A program made the translations under genes and the position numbers. The notes under the pieces were generated by a model that saw only the letters and a program-made list of their open reading frames with translations, was not told the origin of the DNA and did not search any database. DNA of 53,297 nucleotides from Candidatus Micrarchaeum sp. GTDB lineage: Archaea; SpSt-1190; DYHY01. Numbering within the stretch: the stretch's first letter is position 1; every line of letters begins with the position of its first letter. Positions 9,616 through 19,146 of this stretch are shown here, one piece after another. The stretch is from assembly GCA_020723935.1 (NCBI GenBank), contig DYHY01000007.1, positions 1 to 53,297 on the forward strand, written 5' to 3'.

Positions 9616-10299
9616 ATGGCTCCCGGGGAAAAGGAAGGGGCGCGGGGCAGGAGGAGGCGCGGCCTCCTGCGCAAGGCGGTCGATTTCCTGACATTCCCCG
9701 TCCGTGCTTTCACGCTGTTCCACGACGACTTCCTGTTCCTCTCGTCCCTCGCGGCCGAGCGCTTCGACTACGTCGCGGGGGAGGTGCGGGGCAGGTGCCT
9801 TGACGTCGGATGCGGCAGACACAACAGGTTCATAGCCGAGCACCTCGGGGGGGAGGGGGTTGGGGTGGACGTCTACAAGTACAAGGGCCTCAGGGACGCC
9901 CAGATACTGAGGAACCCGGCCAGATTCTCCTTCAGGTCGGGCGCGTTCGGGACCGTCACGTTCATAGCCAACATCAACCACGTCCCCGAGCGCCTGAGGG
10001 ACGCGGAGCTCTCCGAGGCTTACCGGTGCCTCGCTCCCGGCGGCAGGATCGTCGTCACGATGGGGAGCCCCCTCGCTGAGATCATCGTGCACAAGGTCGT
10101 CTATCTCTACGACAGGATCCTGGGGACTGACCACGACGTGGACACCGAGCGCGGGATGGAGGAGGAGGAGGCATACTACCTCACGGATTCCGAGATAGTT
10201 TCGAGGCTGCGCAAAGCCGGCTTCGCGAACATCAGGAAGAAGATGTTTTTCACCCAGTGGTGCCTCAACCACATGTTCGTCGGGGAGAAGGGGAGCTAG
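9616..10299 (+). CDS. Class I SAM-dependent methyltransferase
   Basis: 'CLDVGCG' motif I, 'LSEAYRCLAPGG'. Confidence 0.85.
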   Translation: MAPGEKEGARGRRRRGLLRKAVDFLTFPVRAFTLFHDDFLFLSSLAAERFDYVAGEVRGRCLDVGCGRHNRFIAEHLGGEGVGVDVYKYKGLRDAQILRNPARFSFRSGAFGTVTFIANINHVPERLRDAELSEAYRCLAPGGRIVVTMGSPLAEIIVHKVVYLYDRILGTDHDVDTERGMEEEEAYYLTDSEIVSRLRKAGFANIRKKMFFTQWCLNHMFVGEKGS

Positions 10300-10309
10300 T
10301 CTAGTCCTG

Positions 10310-11029
10310 TCAGCGCGCCGGCTTCGCGGACAGGATCTTCCGCACTTTGATGACTGATGTCGAGAGCCTCGTCAGGATGGGCGCCTGCCTGACCTGCACC
10401 GCCGAGGTCTTCTTGGAAAGGATTGCGGACCTGAGGGCCGCGAGGGCCTTTTGCGCCGGGAGGCTCTCGGGGATCTGCGCGATCGTGGCGGCGTTCCCTA
10501 TCTCCCCGTAGGTGTGCGCGTCGCTCCCGCCCGTGACGGGCAGGCCCGCTTCGGACGCGTAGAGGAGCGCCTTCCTGTTCGCGCCCCCGCCCAGGCACCT
10601 TGCGTTGAATATCTCGACTGCATCGAAGAGGTCTGCTTCGCCCGTCTGCGGCTTCACAGCGTCCCTTCCCGCGCTGTCGAAGGGGTGGGGGACGAGGACT
10701 AGCCCCCCCTGCGACCTTATCTTGGCCGACACCTCGCAGAGTGGCCCGCGCGCTATCTCCTTCTTCAGGAACAGGCCTATTACGTCCCCCCGGTCGGTCG
10801 TCTTCACCTCTTCGGCAGGTATGAACGAGAACAGGGAGTCGCTCAGGCGCGCCTCCGGGAGCGTGAGCCTGCCGTGGTCTGCAATGGCGACGCCCGAAAG
10901 GCCGCGGGAGATGGCGGCAGCCCTTATCCGGGAAGGCTCCATCGCGCAGTCGTGGGACGCCTCCGAATGGACGTGCAGGTCGAAGAAGCGCAGGATGCGC
11001 GGGCGGGCCGCGGCGGCCTCGCGGGTCAT
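10310..11029 (-). CDS. PHP-domain metal-dependent phosphoesterase
   Basis: 'DLHVHS', 'IADH', 'EEVKT', 'PHPFD', 'GGSDAH'; true start is ATG 11029 inside the longer listed ORF. Confidence 0.9.
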   Translation of the reverse strand: MTREAAAARPRILRFFDLHVHSEASHDCAMEPSRIRAAAISRGLSGVAIADHGRLTLPEARLSDSLFSFIPAEEVKTTDRGDVIGLFLKKEIARGPLCEVSAKIRSQGGLVLVPHPFDSAGRDAVKPQTGEADLFDAVEIFNARCLGGGANRKALLYASEAGLPVTGGSDAHTYGEIGNAATIAQIPESLPAQKALAALRSAILSKKTSAVQVRQAPILTRLSTSVIKVRKILSAKPAR

Positions 11030-12039
11030 GGCGCGCGCTCCCTTCCCCGGGACTGGACGCCCCCAACCCTGCGGACTGCCTCGAGCGAGAGCAGGGCGCC
11101 AGCTATTATCACGGGCCAGAAGCCGAAGAGCCTGTCGAGGATGAGGGCCGCGGACGATATGTAGGAGGGAACTGAAAACAGGGAATAGAGGGCGATCGCC
11201 GCCACTTCCGAGCTCCCGATCCCTCACGGGATCGTGGAGACGACGCCCGCGACGATCGAGATCGCCCCGACCTGCGCCACCTGCGGGAGGGTTATCGCGG
11301 GGAAGCCTAGGACGTACCTTATCAAGAAGTATATCCTCCCGAAATCCAGGGCCCAGGCGGCCCACGATATTAGGAACGCGAGGTAGAATTCCTTCCTCGT
11401 GTGGATCCACGAGACCGACCGCGGGACCTCGCTGAACTTCCCCCTGAGGAGGCGCCTGAAGACCAGGGAGGAAATGGGGGGGAACCAAAGGACCGCCGCG
11501 CAGGCCAGGAATATGGCGAGGACCGCCGCGAGGGAGAGGAGGACGGATGTGGACGTCTTTCGCACGGAAAGGAGGAAGGTCGCGGCGCACGAGAGGAGGA
11601 TGAGGAGGTCAAAGAGCCGCTCGATGAAGAGGGAGCCTATCGTCCTCTTCGGGGAGATGCCTGTCTTCCTTTCGAAGAAGAAGCAGCGCAGGAGATCGCC
11701 GGCCTTCGCCGGCGTGACTAGGGACGCGGCGAGGCCCGAGATGAGCGGCGCCGCGCTTTGGCGCTTCCGCGAGGGGACTCCGGAGGCGCGCAGGAGCAGG
11801 TTCCACCTGACGACGCGCACGAACACGGATGCGCACGTCATCGCGAGGAGCGCGGCGACGTGCCAGGGCCGCACGGAGAGGAGGGCCTCGCCGAGCTTCT
11901 TCGAGTCAGTCAGGAGGAACATCCCGGCGACGACCGCCATGAACAGGACGACTGCTCCCGCGGCGAAGGCGACCTTGAGGGCCGCCGACCCCGCCCGCGC
12001 GGGCCTACTGGGGGAATTCCTTGGAGACCGCTTCCGCAT
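11026..12039 (-). CDS. Lysylphosphatidylglycerol-synthase TM / flippase-like (UPF0104) membrane protein interrupted by in-frame TGA at 11224-11226
   Basis: 'RW..LL', 'TPAKAGD..R', 'ERLFD'; motif 'IP[TGA]GIGSSE' continues 66 codons in frame to a TGA overlapping the PHP start (ATGA). Confidence 0.8.
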
Positions 12040-12793
12040 CCTTCCCCTCTTCTATCGGGATCCACTTCCCGGACACGACGCAGCCAGAGAGCCGGTTGGT
12101 CGCGATGAGCCCTGGGAACACGTCCTTCTCCAGGCTCTTTGCGCTCTCGGGGATTGCGGAGAAGATCTTGGAATCGAACACAAGGACCCCAGCGCTCACG
12201 AGGTAGCTGTCCGATTTCGAGGGCTTCTCGTTGAAACCGACGACCTGGCGGCCCTGCAGCTCGACGACGCCGTATTTGGTGGGCGTGCGCACGGTCGTGA
12301 GCGCCATCGTCGCGATTGCGCCGGTCTGCTTGTGGAAGCTCACGAGTTCCTGCAGGTCGAAGTTGAAGTAGTTGTCCCCGTAAATGAGGAGGAAAGTGCT
12401 CGTAAGATGGTTTTTGGCCTTCCTCAGAGTCGCGGCGGTTCCCACCCGCTCCTTCTGCTCCATATACCTGATTTCAAGGCCTGTCTTGGTGCCGGAGCCG
12501 AAATAGTCCGAAACCGTCTTCCCGCCGGGCGAAAGGGTACCGAGGAGGACCTTTTCGAACTTCTGGTCCCGTAGGAGGGCGAGGGTCCTCGCGAGGAGGG
12601 GTTTGTCCCCTATCCTGACCATGCAGTCCGGATCCCCCGCCAGGATGAACGCGTCCACCGTTGAGGACGTGAATTTCTCCTCAAGGAGGCTTTCCACGGC
12701 GTGGGAGCGGTTCCTCACGCGCACGTTGTCGACCGTCGAGTCCAGCTTTCGCAGTAGGTCGTCCCGAATCGTTATGGATATCCGCTTACGCAT
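12005..12793 (-). CDS. Ribbon-helix-helix domain fused to a degenerate sugar-phosphate nucleotidyltransferase domain
   Basis: N-terminal 'RISITIRDDLLRKLD...NRSHAVE' (NikR/CopG-like RHH); C-terminal 'GTA..L', 'YGD', 'YGVV', 'FNEKP'. Confidence 0.82.
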   Translation of the reverse strand: MRKRISITIRDDLLRKLDSTVDNVRVRNRSHAVESLLEEKFTSSTVDAFILAGDPDCMVRIGDKPLLARTLALLRDQKFEKVLLGTLSPGGKTVSDYFGSGTKTGLEIRYMEQKERVGTAATLRKAKNHLTSTFLLIYGDNYFNFDLQELVSFHKQTGAIATMALTTVRTPTKYGVVELQGRQVVGFNEKPSKSDSYLVSAGVLVFDSKIFSAIPESAKSLEKDVFPGLIATNRLSGCVVSGKWIPIEEGKDAEAVSKEFPQ

Positions 12794-12809
12794 GTGAGTA
12801 TGGCTGCGC

Positions 12810-12848
12810 CTTCCCTATTTGCGGGGAAGCAATCTATTTATTTATAAA
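12810..12848. promoter_or_regulatory. Divergent promoter: inverted repeat CTTCCC-N8-GGGAAG plus TATA box TTTATAAA
   Basis: Repeat arms at 12810-12815 and 12824-12829; TATA at 12841-12848; lies between the RHH fusion and the NDP-sugar synthase. Confidence 0.45.
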
Positions 12849-12868
12849 GGGGCACCAAAATGCTCCAC

Positions 12869-13951
12869 ATGAAGGCGGTAATTCTGGCGGGCGGCAAGGG
12901 CGAGGAGATGCTGCCGCTCACGCTGACCCGCCCCAAGTCGATGCTCCTCGTGATGAACCAGCCGATCCTGAAGAGGATAATGGAGAGCCTCCCGAAGGTC
13001 GTCAACGAGATCTTCGTGACGACGGACTACGGGGCGCCCTACATAAGGAAGTATTTCCAGGACTCCAAGAAGAAGCTCGGGCGCAAGGTGACGATAATCG
13101 AGGAGGAGAGGCCCCTTGGCACCGCCGGCTCGATAAAGACCCTGGAGAAGGAGCTGACGTCCACCTTCTTCGTCCTCCAAAGCGACGTGGTGTCCTCCGT
13201 CGACTACTTCAAGATGCTCGAGTTCCACAAGGAGAGGAAGGCGAAGGTGACGATGTCCACCTTCCGCGTCCAGAACCCGGTGGAATACGGGATAATCGGC
13301 GTCAACCAGGACGGCAGGGTCATGAAGTTCCTGGAAAAGCCCAAGATTGATCAGGTGTTCTCGACGATGGTGAACGCCGGGACGTACGTCTTCGAGCCGT
13401 CAATCTTCGAGGAGATCCCGCACCACGGGATCTGCGACTTCTCCAACGACGTGTTCCCGAGGATCATCAGGAAGGGCGAGAACGTCTCGGCCTTCGAGTT
13501 CCGCGGGATGTGGACGGACATCGGGTCCTTCCAGAACTACCTGCACGCGCACAAGCAGCTCCTCGAGCGGTCGATGACCTTCTCGATACAGAGCAAGTCG
13601 GGCGCCCGCACAGTCCCCCCGGCCCTCGTCGGTCCGGGAGGCAAGATCGGGGCCGCCATGTTGGGGCCAAACATCTGCGTCGCGGACAAGGTGACGATCG
13701 GGAAGGGCGCAAAGGTCTACGACTCGATAATCTACGACAACGCCAAGATCGGCGACGGGTGCATAATCAAGGGGAGTATCATCGGGGGCGGGTGCAAGAT
13801 CGGGAAGGGAGCAGTCATAATAGACGCGATGCTCGGGGACAAGGTGAGCGTGAAAGACCGCGTCAAGGTGAGCTCCTACAGCCGCATCTGGCCGGGCAAG
13901 AAGGTCGCAAAGGACGTCTCCGAGAAGGAGTGGCTGGGCTTTGTGGGCTAG
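12869..13951 (+). CDS. NDP-sugar synthase (mannose-1-phosphate guanylyltransferase-like) with C-terminal left-handed beta-helix
   Basis: 'MKAVILAGGKG..M.PLT..RPK', 'PLGTAG', 'FLEKP', 'NAG.Y', 'WTDIG', hexapeptide tail. Confidence 0.88.
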   Translation: MKAVILAGGKGEEMLPLTLTRPKSMLLVMNQPILKRIMESLPKVVNEIFVTTDYGAPYIRKYFQDSKKKLGRKVTIIEEERPLGTAGSIKTLEKELTSTFFVLQSDVVSSVDYFKMLEFHKERKAKVTMSTFRVQNPVEYGIIGVNQDGRVMKFLEKPKIDQVFSTMVNAGTYVFEPSIFEEIPHHGICDFSNDVFPRIIRKGENVSAFEFRGMWTDIGSFQNYLHAHKQLLERSMTFSIQSKSGARTVPPALVGPGGKIGAAMLGPNICVADKVTIGKGAKVYDSIIYDNAKIGDGCIIKGSIIGGGCKIGKGAVIIDAMLGDKVSVKDRVKVSSYSRIWPGKKVAKDVSEKEWLGFVG

Positions 13952-13968
13952 GCAGGCCCAGCGAATTA

Positions 13969-13977
13969 TTTTATAAA
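13969..13977 (+). promoter_or_regulatory. Putative TATA box of the phosphomannomutase gene
   Basis: TTTTATAAA 25 nt upstream of ATG 14003. Confidence 0.55.
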
Positions 13978-14002
13978 CCGAAAAACCCTCATACGCCGTA
14001 AT

Positions 14003-15400
14003 ATGGGGAATTCCAAGATCAACCCCGGGATTTTCCGGGAATACGACATCCGCGGCCTGATAGGCGAGGACCTGGACGAAGGGAAGATGAACCTCATGGG
14101 CAAGGCCTTCGGGGCGTACCTTCGCTCCAAGAAGGTCTCCAAGATGGTTGTGGGGCGGGACAACCGCGCCACCTCGGCGCCCTACCAGAAGGCCCTCACG
14201 GACGGCCTCATGTCGACCGGCGTATCGGTAGTCGACATCGGGGAGATAACGACCCCGTGCATGATCTTCGCCAGCGTCTTCCTCGGGGCGAAGGCCGGCC
14301 TCTCGGTGACGGCGAGCCACAACCCGCCCAAATACAACGGCCTGAAGTTCGTTCTCAACGGTCGCGACGTCGGGGGCGAGGTCATACGCGGGATCTACAA
14401 GATAGCCGATGCCGGGGAGTTCCCGTCGGGAAAGGCAGGCACGTACGAGAAAAAGGACATTTCCAAGGACTACCTCGCGGCTCTCGCAAAGGACGTGAAG
14501 CTGAAGCGGAGGTTCCGGGTCGCGGTGGACGCTGGGAACGGGATCGCCGGAGGCTTCGCCGTCGCGCACCTGAGGAACCTCGGCTGCGAGGTCTTCCCGG
14601 TCAACTGCGAGAGCGACGCTAGCTTCCCGAACCATCTGCCCGACACAGTCAAGCCCGAATACTACCCGCAGCTGATAGACGCGGTGAGGAAGAACAAGGC
14701 CGACTGCGGCCTGATGTTTGACGGGGACGGCGACCGGGTCGCGGCGGTGAACGAGTTGGGTGAGATTGTCTGGGCAGACATGCTCCTCCTCCTCTTCGCG
14801 CGCGAGATCCTGGAGAGGGCGAAGGGGGCCAAGGTCGTCGTGGAGATAAAGTGCTCGCAGGGAGTCCTTGACGACATCAGGAACCACGGCGGGGTCCCGA
14901 TACTCTGGAAGACCGGGCGCACCAACATCGAGGACAAGATGTTTGAAGAGGGTGCGGTCCTCGGGGGCGAGATGAGCGGGCACATGTTCTTCAACCACGG
15001 CGGCGTGATGTGGTTCTCCGAAGCGCTCTACGCGGCGGGCAAGCTCCTGCAGATAATGGACAAGAAGGGGCGGCCGCTCTCCGAGCTCCTCGGGGACGTC
15101 CCAAAATACCACACGAGCCAGGAATACCGCGTCGCGTACACGGGAGAGAAGGAGGAGGGCAAGTTCGCCCTGATGAAGACGATACTCTCCGACTTCAAGA
15201 AGGAGTGGGGCAGGGGGGTCATTGACATTGACGGCGCGCGCGTGGTCCTCCCGAACGGCTGGGCGCTTGTGCGCGTGTCCAATGGCGAGCCCGTCTTCTC
15301 GATGAGGTTCGAGGGGAAGACCGAGGAAGACCTCAAAGGCATAACGGCAATCTTCAAGGAGTTTCTCGCGAAATACCCGGAGATCAAATTGCCATTTTAA
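14003..15400 (+). CDS. Phosphomannomutase/phosphoglucomutase
   Basis: 'FREYDIRG', 'TASHNP' phosphoserine loop, 'FDGDGDR' metal loop, 'GEMSGH'. Confidence 0.95.
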   Translation: MGNSKINPGIFREYDIRGLIGEDLDEGKMNLMGKAFGAYLRSKKVSKMVVGRDNRATSAPYQKALTDGLMSTGVSVVDIGEITTPCMIFASVFLGAKAGLSVTASHNPPKYNGLKFVLNGRDVGGEVIRGIYKIADAGEFPSGKAGTYEKKDISKDYLAALAKDVKLKRRFRVAVDAGNGIAGGFAVAHLRNLGCEVFPVNCESDASFPNHLPDTVKPEYYPQLIDAVRKNKADCGLMFDGDGDRVAAVNELGEIVWADMLLLLFAREILERAKGAKVVVEIKCSQGVLDDIRNHGGVPILWKTGRTNIEDKMFEEGAVLGGEMSGHMFFNHGGVMWFSEALYAAGKLLQIMDKKGRPLSELLGDVPKYHTSQEYRVAYTGEKEEGKFALMKTILSDFKKEWGRGVIDIDGARVVLPNGWALVRVSNGEPVFSMRFEGKTEEDLKGITAIFKEFLAKYPEIKLPF

Positions 15401-15410
15401 GATAGTGAAA

Positions 15411-15808
15411 ATGGCAAATATTAAAAGGGTGTGCGGCGAGGCCCGCCTCCAGATGGCCGATGCACCGGAGCCGACCGCCGAGCACGAAGCCCTGTATTTG
15501 CGGGCCTACCGGGCGGCGAGGGGCGCAGTCGCCGCGTACATCAGCGGGCGCGAGAGCGTGCACGCTCCGAAGCTCTGGGGCACCGCGGGGGATTCCCGTC
15601 CGAGTGGAGCCTCGGCGGGACGGAGGCGATGCTGTGCGAGGCGCACAGGTACGGGGAGATCGCCGGAATAGCCCCGGAGGACGAGGCCGCGAAATATCTG
15701 ATATGGGTCTTGACCCTAAAGGGCCCCGAGAGGGAGGAGCTCTCGCACAAATGCAAGGCCTACGTCATAGAGCACGGGCTGCTAGGCAAGAGCGCGCGGG
15801 CGCCCTGA
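15411..15808 (+). pseudogene. Hypothetical protein, apparently frameshifted at the G5 run 15587-15591
   Basis: Protein-like sequence switches from the 15405 frame to the 15431 frame at ACCGCGGGGGATTCCCG. Confidence 0.45.
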
Positions 15809-15820
15809 GAGGGGCCCTTC

Positions 15821-16099
15821 CTAGACGATGTCCTCTTCGGAGACGATGAGGAAGTCTCCGACCGATATCACGGCGCTGAAGGGCACGCGGAAGACGCCCG
15901 ACTTGTCGCCGGCGATGATGCTGCGGCTGTAGTCGGTGGGCTTTGCTATGAGTATGTCGATGAGCTCGCCCGTGCGGGGGTCGAAGCGGATGTCGCCGAC
16001 CTCGCCAAACTTCCTGCCTTCCTTGCTCACAATGACCTTCCCAAGGAGAGTCCTTGAGTGCTTCTGTATTTCCTCGTTTCCTGCCTGCGGGGGTGCCAT
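15821..16099 (-). CDS. PRC-barrel domain protein
   Basis: 'LLGK.IVS.EG...G.V.DI.FD..TG.L', 'VPFSAV.SVGDF.IV'. Confidence 0.85.
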   Translation of the reverse strand: MAPPQAGNEEIQKHSRTLLGKVIVSKEGRKFGEVGDIRFDPRTGELIDILIAKPTDYSRSIIAGDKSGVFRVPFSAVISVGDFLIVSEEDIV

Positions 16100-16231
16100 C
16101 TTGAAGTTTCACCTAGATGCTTGAATGCAAGACCGCCGCTTTCTATATAAATGTTTTTGGCCCCGATGCGGGTTTAATCGTTTTTCGTCGCAATCGGCAT
16201 CCTTCCGGCCGCTTGCGGGGGTTTCGGCGTG

Positions 16232-16885
16232 TCAGAGGCCGAACAGCAAGACTGCGAGGACCCCGCCGAAGACGGATGCCAGGAAATTCACACCGTGCTT
16301 CGTGAGGTGGCCCCTGTTCTCCAGGATCGCGCCGAGGAGGCTGTCGAAGTTCGCCCCGCTGAAGCCTATCGCCGCGCCGACGAGGAGGTATTCGGACACC
16401 GGATGCCCGCGGAAGAGAACGAAGGCCAGGGCCCCGAAGAAGACGCCCGTCGCGGTCGCCGAGACCTCGCCCAGGAACGAGACGCCGCCGTTGGTCCCCG
16501 GGACGACCCTTCGCTTCAGGTCTGTTATCATCCTCGGGTGCGCCGTGGAGGTCTGCCCGACTTCGCCCGCCATCTTGTCTGCGGCGACCGCGCACATCGC
16601 GCCGAAGAATATCTCGGGCCTGCCGAATATCGCGGCAATTGTGGCGAAGGATCCGTTCGCCACCACGTTCTCCCATCCGCGCGGCCCGTGCACGCCCTTC
16701 CTCCTCTCGCCGAAGCGCGTGAAGAAGGCGGAGAGCAGGAAGAACACAAGCATCAGGAGGAAATAGGGAATCCCGGCGAGCCAGACGAGGATCGCGCCCA
16801 TCGCCGCGGCGGCGAGGAGGCCCCGCAGGTCAAGCGTCCTGAAAGCCAAGTTCCCCAAGGCTTCTTTCGTCGACTGGCGAGCCAT
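16232..16885 (-). CDS. DUF92/TMEM19 family membrane protein
   Basis: 'R.WENVVANG', 'AD..A.EVG', 'PGTNGGVS..GE', 'DSLLGA', 'VNFLA'. Confidence 0.88.
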   Translation of the reverse strand: MARQSTKEALGNLAFRTLDLRGLLAAAAMGAILVWLAGIPYFLLMLVFFLLSAFFTRFGERRKGVHGPRGWENVVANGSFATIAAIFGRPEIFFGAMCAVAADKMAGEVGQTSTAHPRMITDLKRRVVPGTNGGVSFLGEVSATATGVFFGALAFVLFRGHPVSEYLLVGAAIGFSGANFDSLLGAILENRGHLTKHGVNFLASVFGGVLAVLLFGL

Positions 16886-17291
16886 CGACCGTCCTTGGCG
16901 CGAGATGGTTTATAAAATCGGGGAATGTGGCCGTTTTGATCCAGATGCGCACGGCGCCGAGCGGGCTTTCCGAGTCCGTGTCGACTATGGCCACCTTCCC
17001 CGCGCAGAGTGCCTGCTTGTGCAGGAGGAGCACCGCGGCGCCCCCCGACAGGGATTGGAAGAGGCGCGCGCGCGTGGTGTCCAGGATCCTCCTTTGCGAA
17101 AGGAGGCCCTTGAGCTTCTCCAGGTCCTGCGGGCTTTCGGACGAGCCGGCGAGCCGGTGGGGCCCGCCGGCGTCCCGCGCGTCGAAGGTCATCGTCGGAA
17201 ACACCAAATAGAGTGCCGCCCTCACGCGGTCCTCGGATTCCGTCGGGTGGAGCGGGACGGATACCTCGAGGGAGAAATCCGGCGGGCCCAT
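16830..17291 (-). CDS. DUF54/UPF0201-like RNA-binding protein
   Basis: 'PTESE.RV..A', 'RILDT.R', 'HKQA...G', 'SPLG', 'APRT'; follows the UPF0200 kinase, a known archaeal pairing. Confidence 0.8.
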   Translation of the reverse strand: MGPPDFSLEVSVPLHPTESEDRVRAALYLVFPTMTFDARDAGGPHRLAGSSESPQDLEKLKGLLSQRRILDTTRARLFQSLSGGAAVLLLHKQALCAGKVAIVDTDSESPLGAVRIWIKTATFPDFINHLAPRTVDGSPVDERSLGELGFQDA

Positions 17292-17293
17292 CT

Positions 17294-17848
17294 TCAGAGG
17301 GCCGAAAGGACCGCCCTTGCCCTGGCCTTGAATTCGGCGAGGGTCCCCCTGTTCTCTATCCTGACGTCCGCCATTTCGAGGAGCTTGGGTATCCCCCATG
17401 CGCCCCCGGCGTTCTCCTTGTGCTCGAGTATCTCGACGGTCACGTTGTCGTCCCAGCGCTTGCGCGCGAGGATCCTCTGGAACCGCAGGGGCTTGTCGGC
17501 GAAGATCCCGACGAGCTTCAGGCGCGGGAACTCCTTCCTGAGGCACGCGACCTCCTCCTCTGTGCGCGAGTCGTCGAAGCACACGAGCCCTGCTCCGGAG
17601 GCGCGGGCGGCCTTCGCGGCCTCGACAGCTATCCAGTCGGGCCCTATCTCCTTGCGCATCTCGTCGCCGACGTGCTTGAGCGTGAGGGGCCCCTTGTCTA
17701 TCTTGAGCTCCTTCGCCTTGCGCTCGACCATGTCCCTGAAGGCGAAGACGGACCAGCCGCCCTCGCGCGCCGCGTCGCAGAAAGTGCCCTTGCCGCTCCC
17801 GGGCATCCCAACGACGGCGATAACCTTCGCGGGCTCAGCCGTCGACAA
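17294..17848 (-). CDS. P-loop nucleoside/nucleotide kinase (UPF0200, dephospho-CoA-kinase-like)
   Basis: 'VVGMPGSGKG', 'D..R...EV', 'RF.R...R...DD', 'AD..IEN.GT'. Confidence 0.8.
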   Translation of the reverse strand: MSTAEPAKVIAVVGMPGSGKGTFCDAAREGGWSVFAFRDMVERKAKELKIDKGPLTLKHVGDEMRKEIGPDWIAVEAAKAARASGAGLVCFDDSRTEEEVACLRKEFPRLKLVGIFADKPLRFQRILARKRWDDNVTVEILEHKENAGGAWGIPKLLEMADVRIENRGTLAEFKARARAVLSAL

Positions 17849-18548
17849 CAGTCCCCGCCTTCCCTTCCATCGCCGCGGGCAGATCCTCGAACCTGCAGAG
17901 CGTCGTCTTTATCCTGGAGCGCGATATCACCTTCGCGCCGACGAAGTCGAATATCGGGTAGTTGCCCGCCTTGCTTTCGAGGCCCTCGCAAACCTTTATC
18001 ATGTCAGAGAAGGACAGCCTCCTGATGAGCTTCGCGTCGGGAAACTTCTTGGGGTCCTTGTCGTAGACGCCCCCCACGTCCGTGAGGATGTAGAGGTGGT
18101 CGGCGTCTAGGTATTCGGCGACGACGGATGCGACCGCGTCGTGGCTCTGCCCGGGGATGAGCCCGCCCATCACGGGAAGGATGCCCTCCTCGACGACGTA
18201 CCTCGCTTGCTCAAGCGTCTCGACGAACCGGCCGTTCGCCATCTTCGCGACGACCCGCGCGTTGAGGCGGCCGATGAGGATCCCCAGCTCGTCCAGGAAC
18301 GCCTCGTTGACGCCCGCGCCGCGCAGCTCCGCGACGTACTGGCGCACGAGCAGGCCCCCGCCGATGACGACTGCGCACCGGTGGCCCTTCCTGCGCAGCA
18401 TCTCCAGGTAGCCTATGAACTCCTGGATGACCTTCGGGTCGGGCTTCCCGGGGAAGCCGACGGAGCCTCCCAGCTTTATCACGACAGTCTCGCCCTTCCC
18501 TTCCGCTCCCGCTTCCCTGCCCGCCTTGCCAGCCGTGTCCTTCGCCAT
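17835..18548 (-). CDS. pyrH: Uridylate kinase (archaeal type)
   Basis: 'VIKLGGS', 'VIGGG', 'D.LGI', 'MGG..PGQS.D', 'TDV.GVYDKDPK'. Confidence 0.93.
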   Translation of the reverse strand: MAKDTAGKAGREAGAEGKGETVVIKLGGSVGFPGKPDPKVIQEFIGYLEMLRRKGHRCAVVIGGGLLVRQYVAELRGAGVNEAFLDELGILIGRLNARVVAKMANGRFVETLEQARYVVEEGILPVMGGLIPGQSHDAVASVVAEYLDADHLYILTDVGGVYDKDPKKFPDAKLIRRLSFSDMIKVCEGLESKAGNYPIFDFVGAKVISRSRIKTTLCRFEDLPAAMEGKAGTVVDG

Positions 18549-18576
18549 CCTAAAAACGCTAGGAATTCCGAACCCC

Positions 18577-18584
18577 TTTTATAA
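18577..18584. promoter_or_regulatory. Putative shared TATA box between divergent pyrH and thpR-like genes
   Basis: TTTTATAA between starts 18548(-) and 18601(+). Confidence 0.45.
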
Positions 18585-18600
18585 TTTCCCGGGCGGGGGG

Positions 18601-19117
18601 GTGTGCTGCTTCGCGTGCATTGAGCCCGACGGGGTGGTGAGGAACGCCGTGTCCCGCGCCGCGCAGGGCCTGCGCGCCCCCGCGCTCCTCCCGGCGGCCC
18701 TGGCAAAATACGCGCCGCCCGAGCAATACCACATAAACCTGGAGTTCTTCGGCGACCTTTCGGACGCCGGGCTTTCCGCCGCCAAGGAGAGATGGGCTGG
18801 TCTCGCCGCGCGGACGGCGCCTTTCCGGAGGGCGGGAGGCCGAGGGTCGTCTTCGCCAGATGCTCCAGCAAGGAGAGGATCCTGGAGGGGCTGGGCGTCT
18901 CCGAGAAGGGTGGGACGTACCCGCCCCACCTGACGATCGCAAGGATCAGGGACCCGGGGCGGGCGCACTTCCTCCTGCGGTCCGCGCCCGAGGACCTGCG
19001 GACGGCGGTTTTCGGCGAATTCCGGGCGAGCGAGATACTATTAAAAGAAAGCATGCTGAGGCCCGGCGGCCCGGTGTACGAAACTATCGGGCGCTTCCCT
19101 TCTTCGGAGGGCAGTGA
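18601..19117 (+). pseudogene. thpR: RNA 2',3'-cyclic phosphodiesterase (2H family, ThpR/LigT), frameshifted
   Basis: First 2H motif 'YHINLEFFG' in one frame; 'GAFP...PRVVF', 'PHLTIAR' and 'L.ES.L.P.GP.Y' in another; switch at 18816-18825; 3' end ambiguous. Confidence 0.75.
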
Positions 19118-19146
19118 AGAACGTGGTAGGAAAGGGATCTGGCGGG

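Noticed and set aside
11224-11226. Selenocysteine at the internal TGA
   Set aside because: The position aligns to a structural Gly in a membrane motif, not a catalytic Cys
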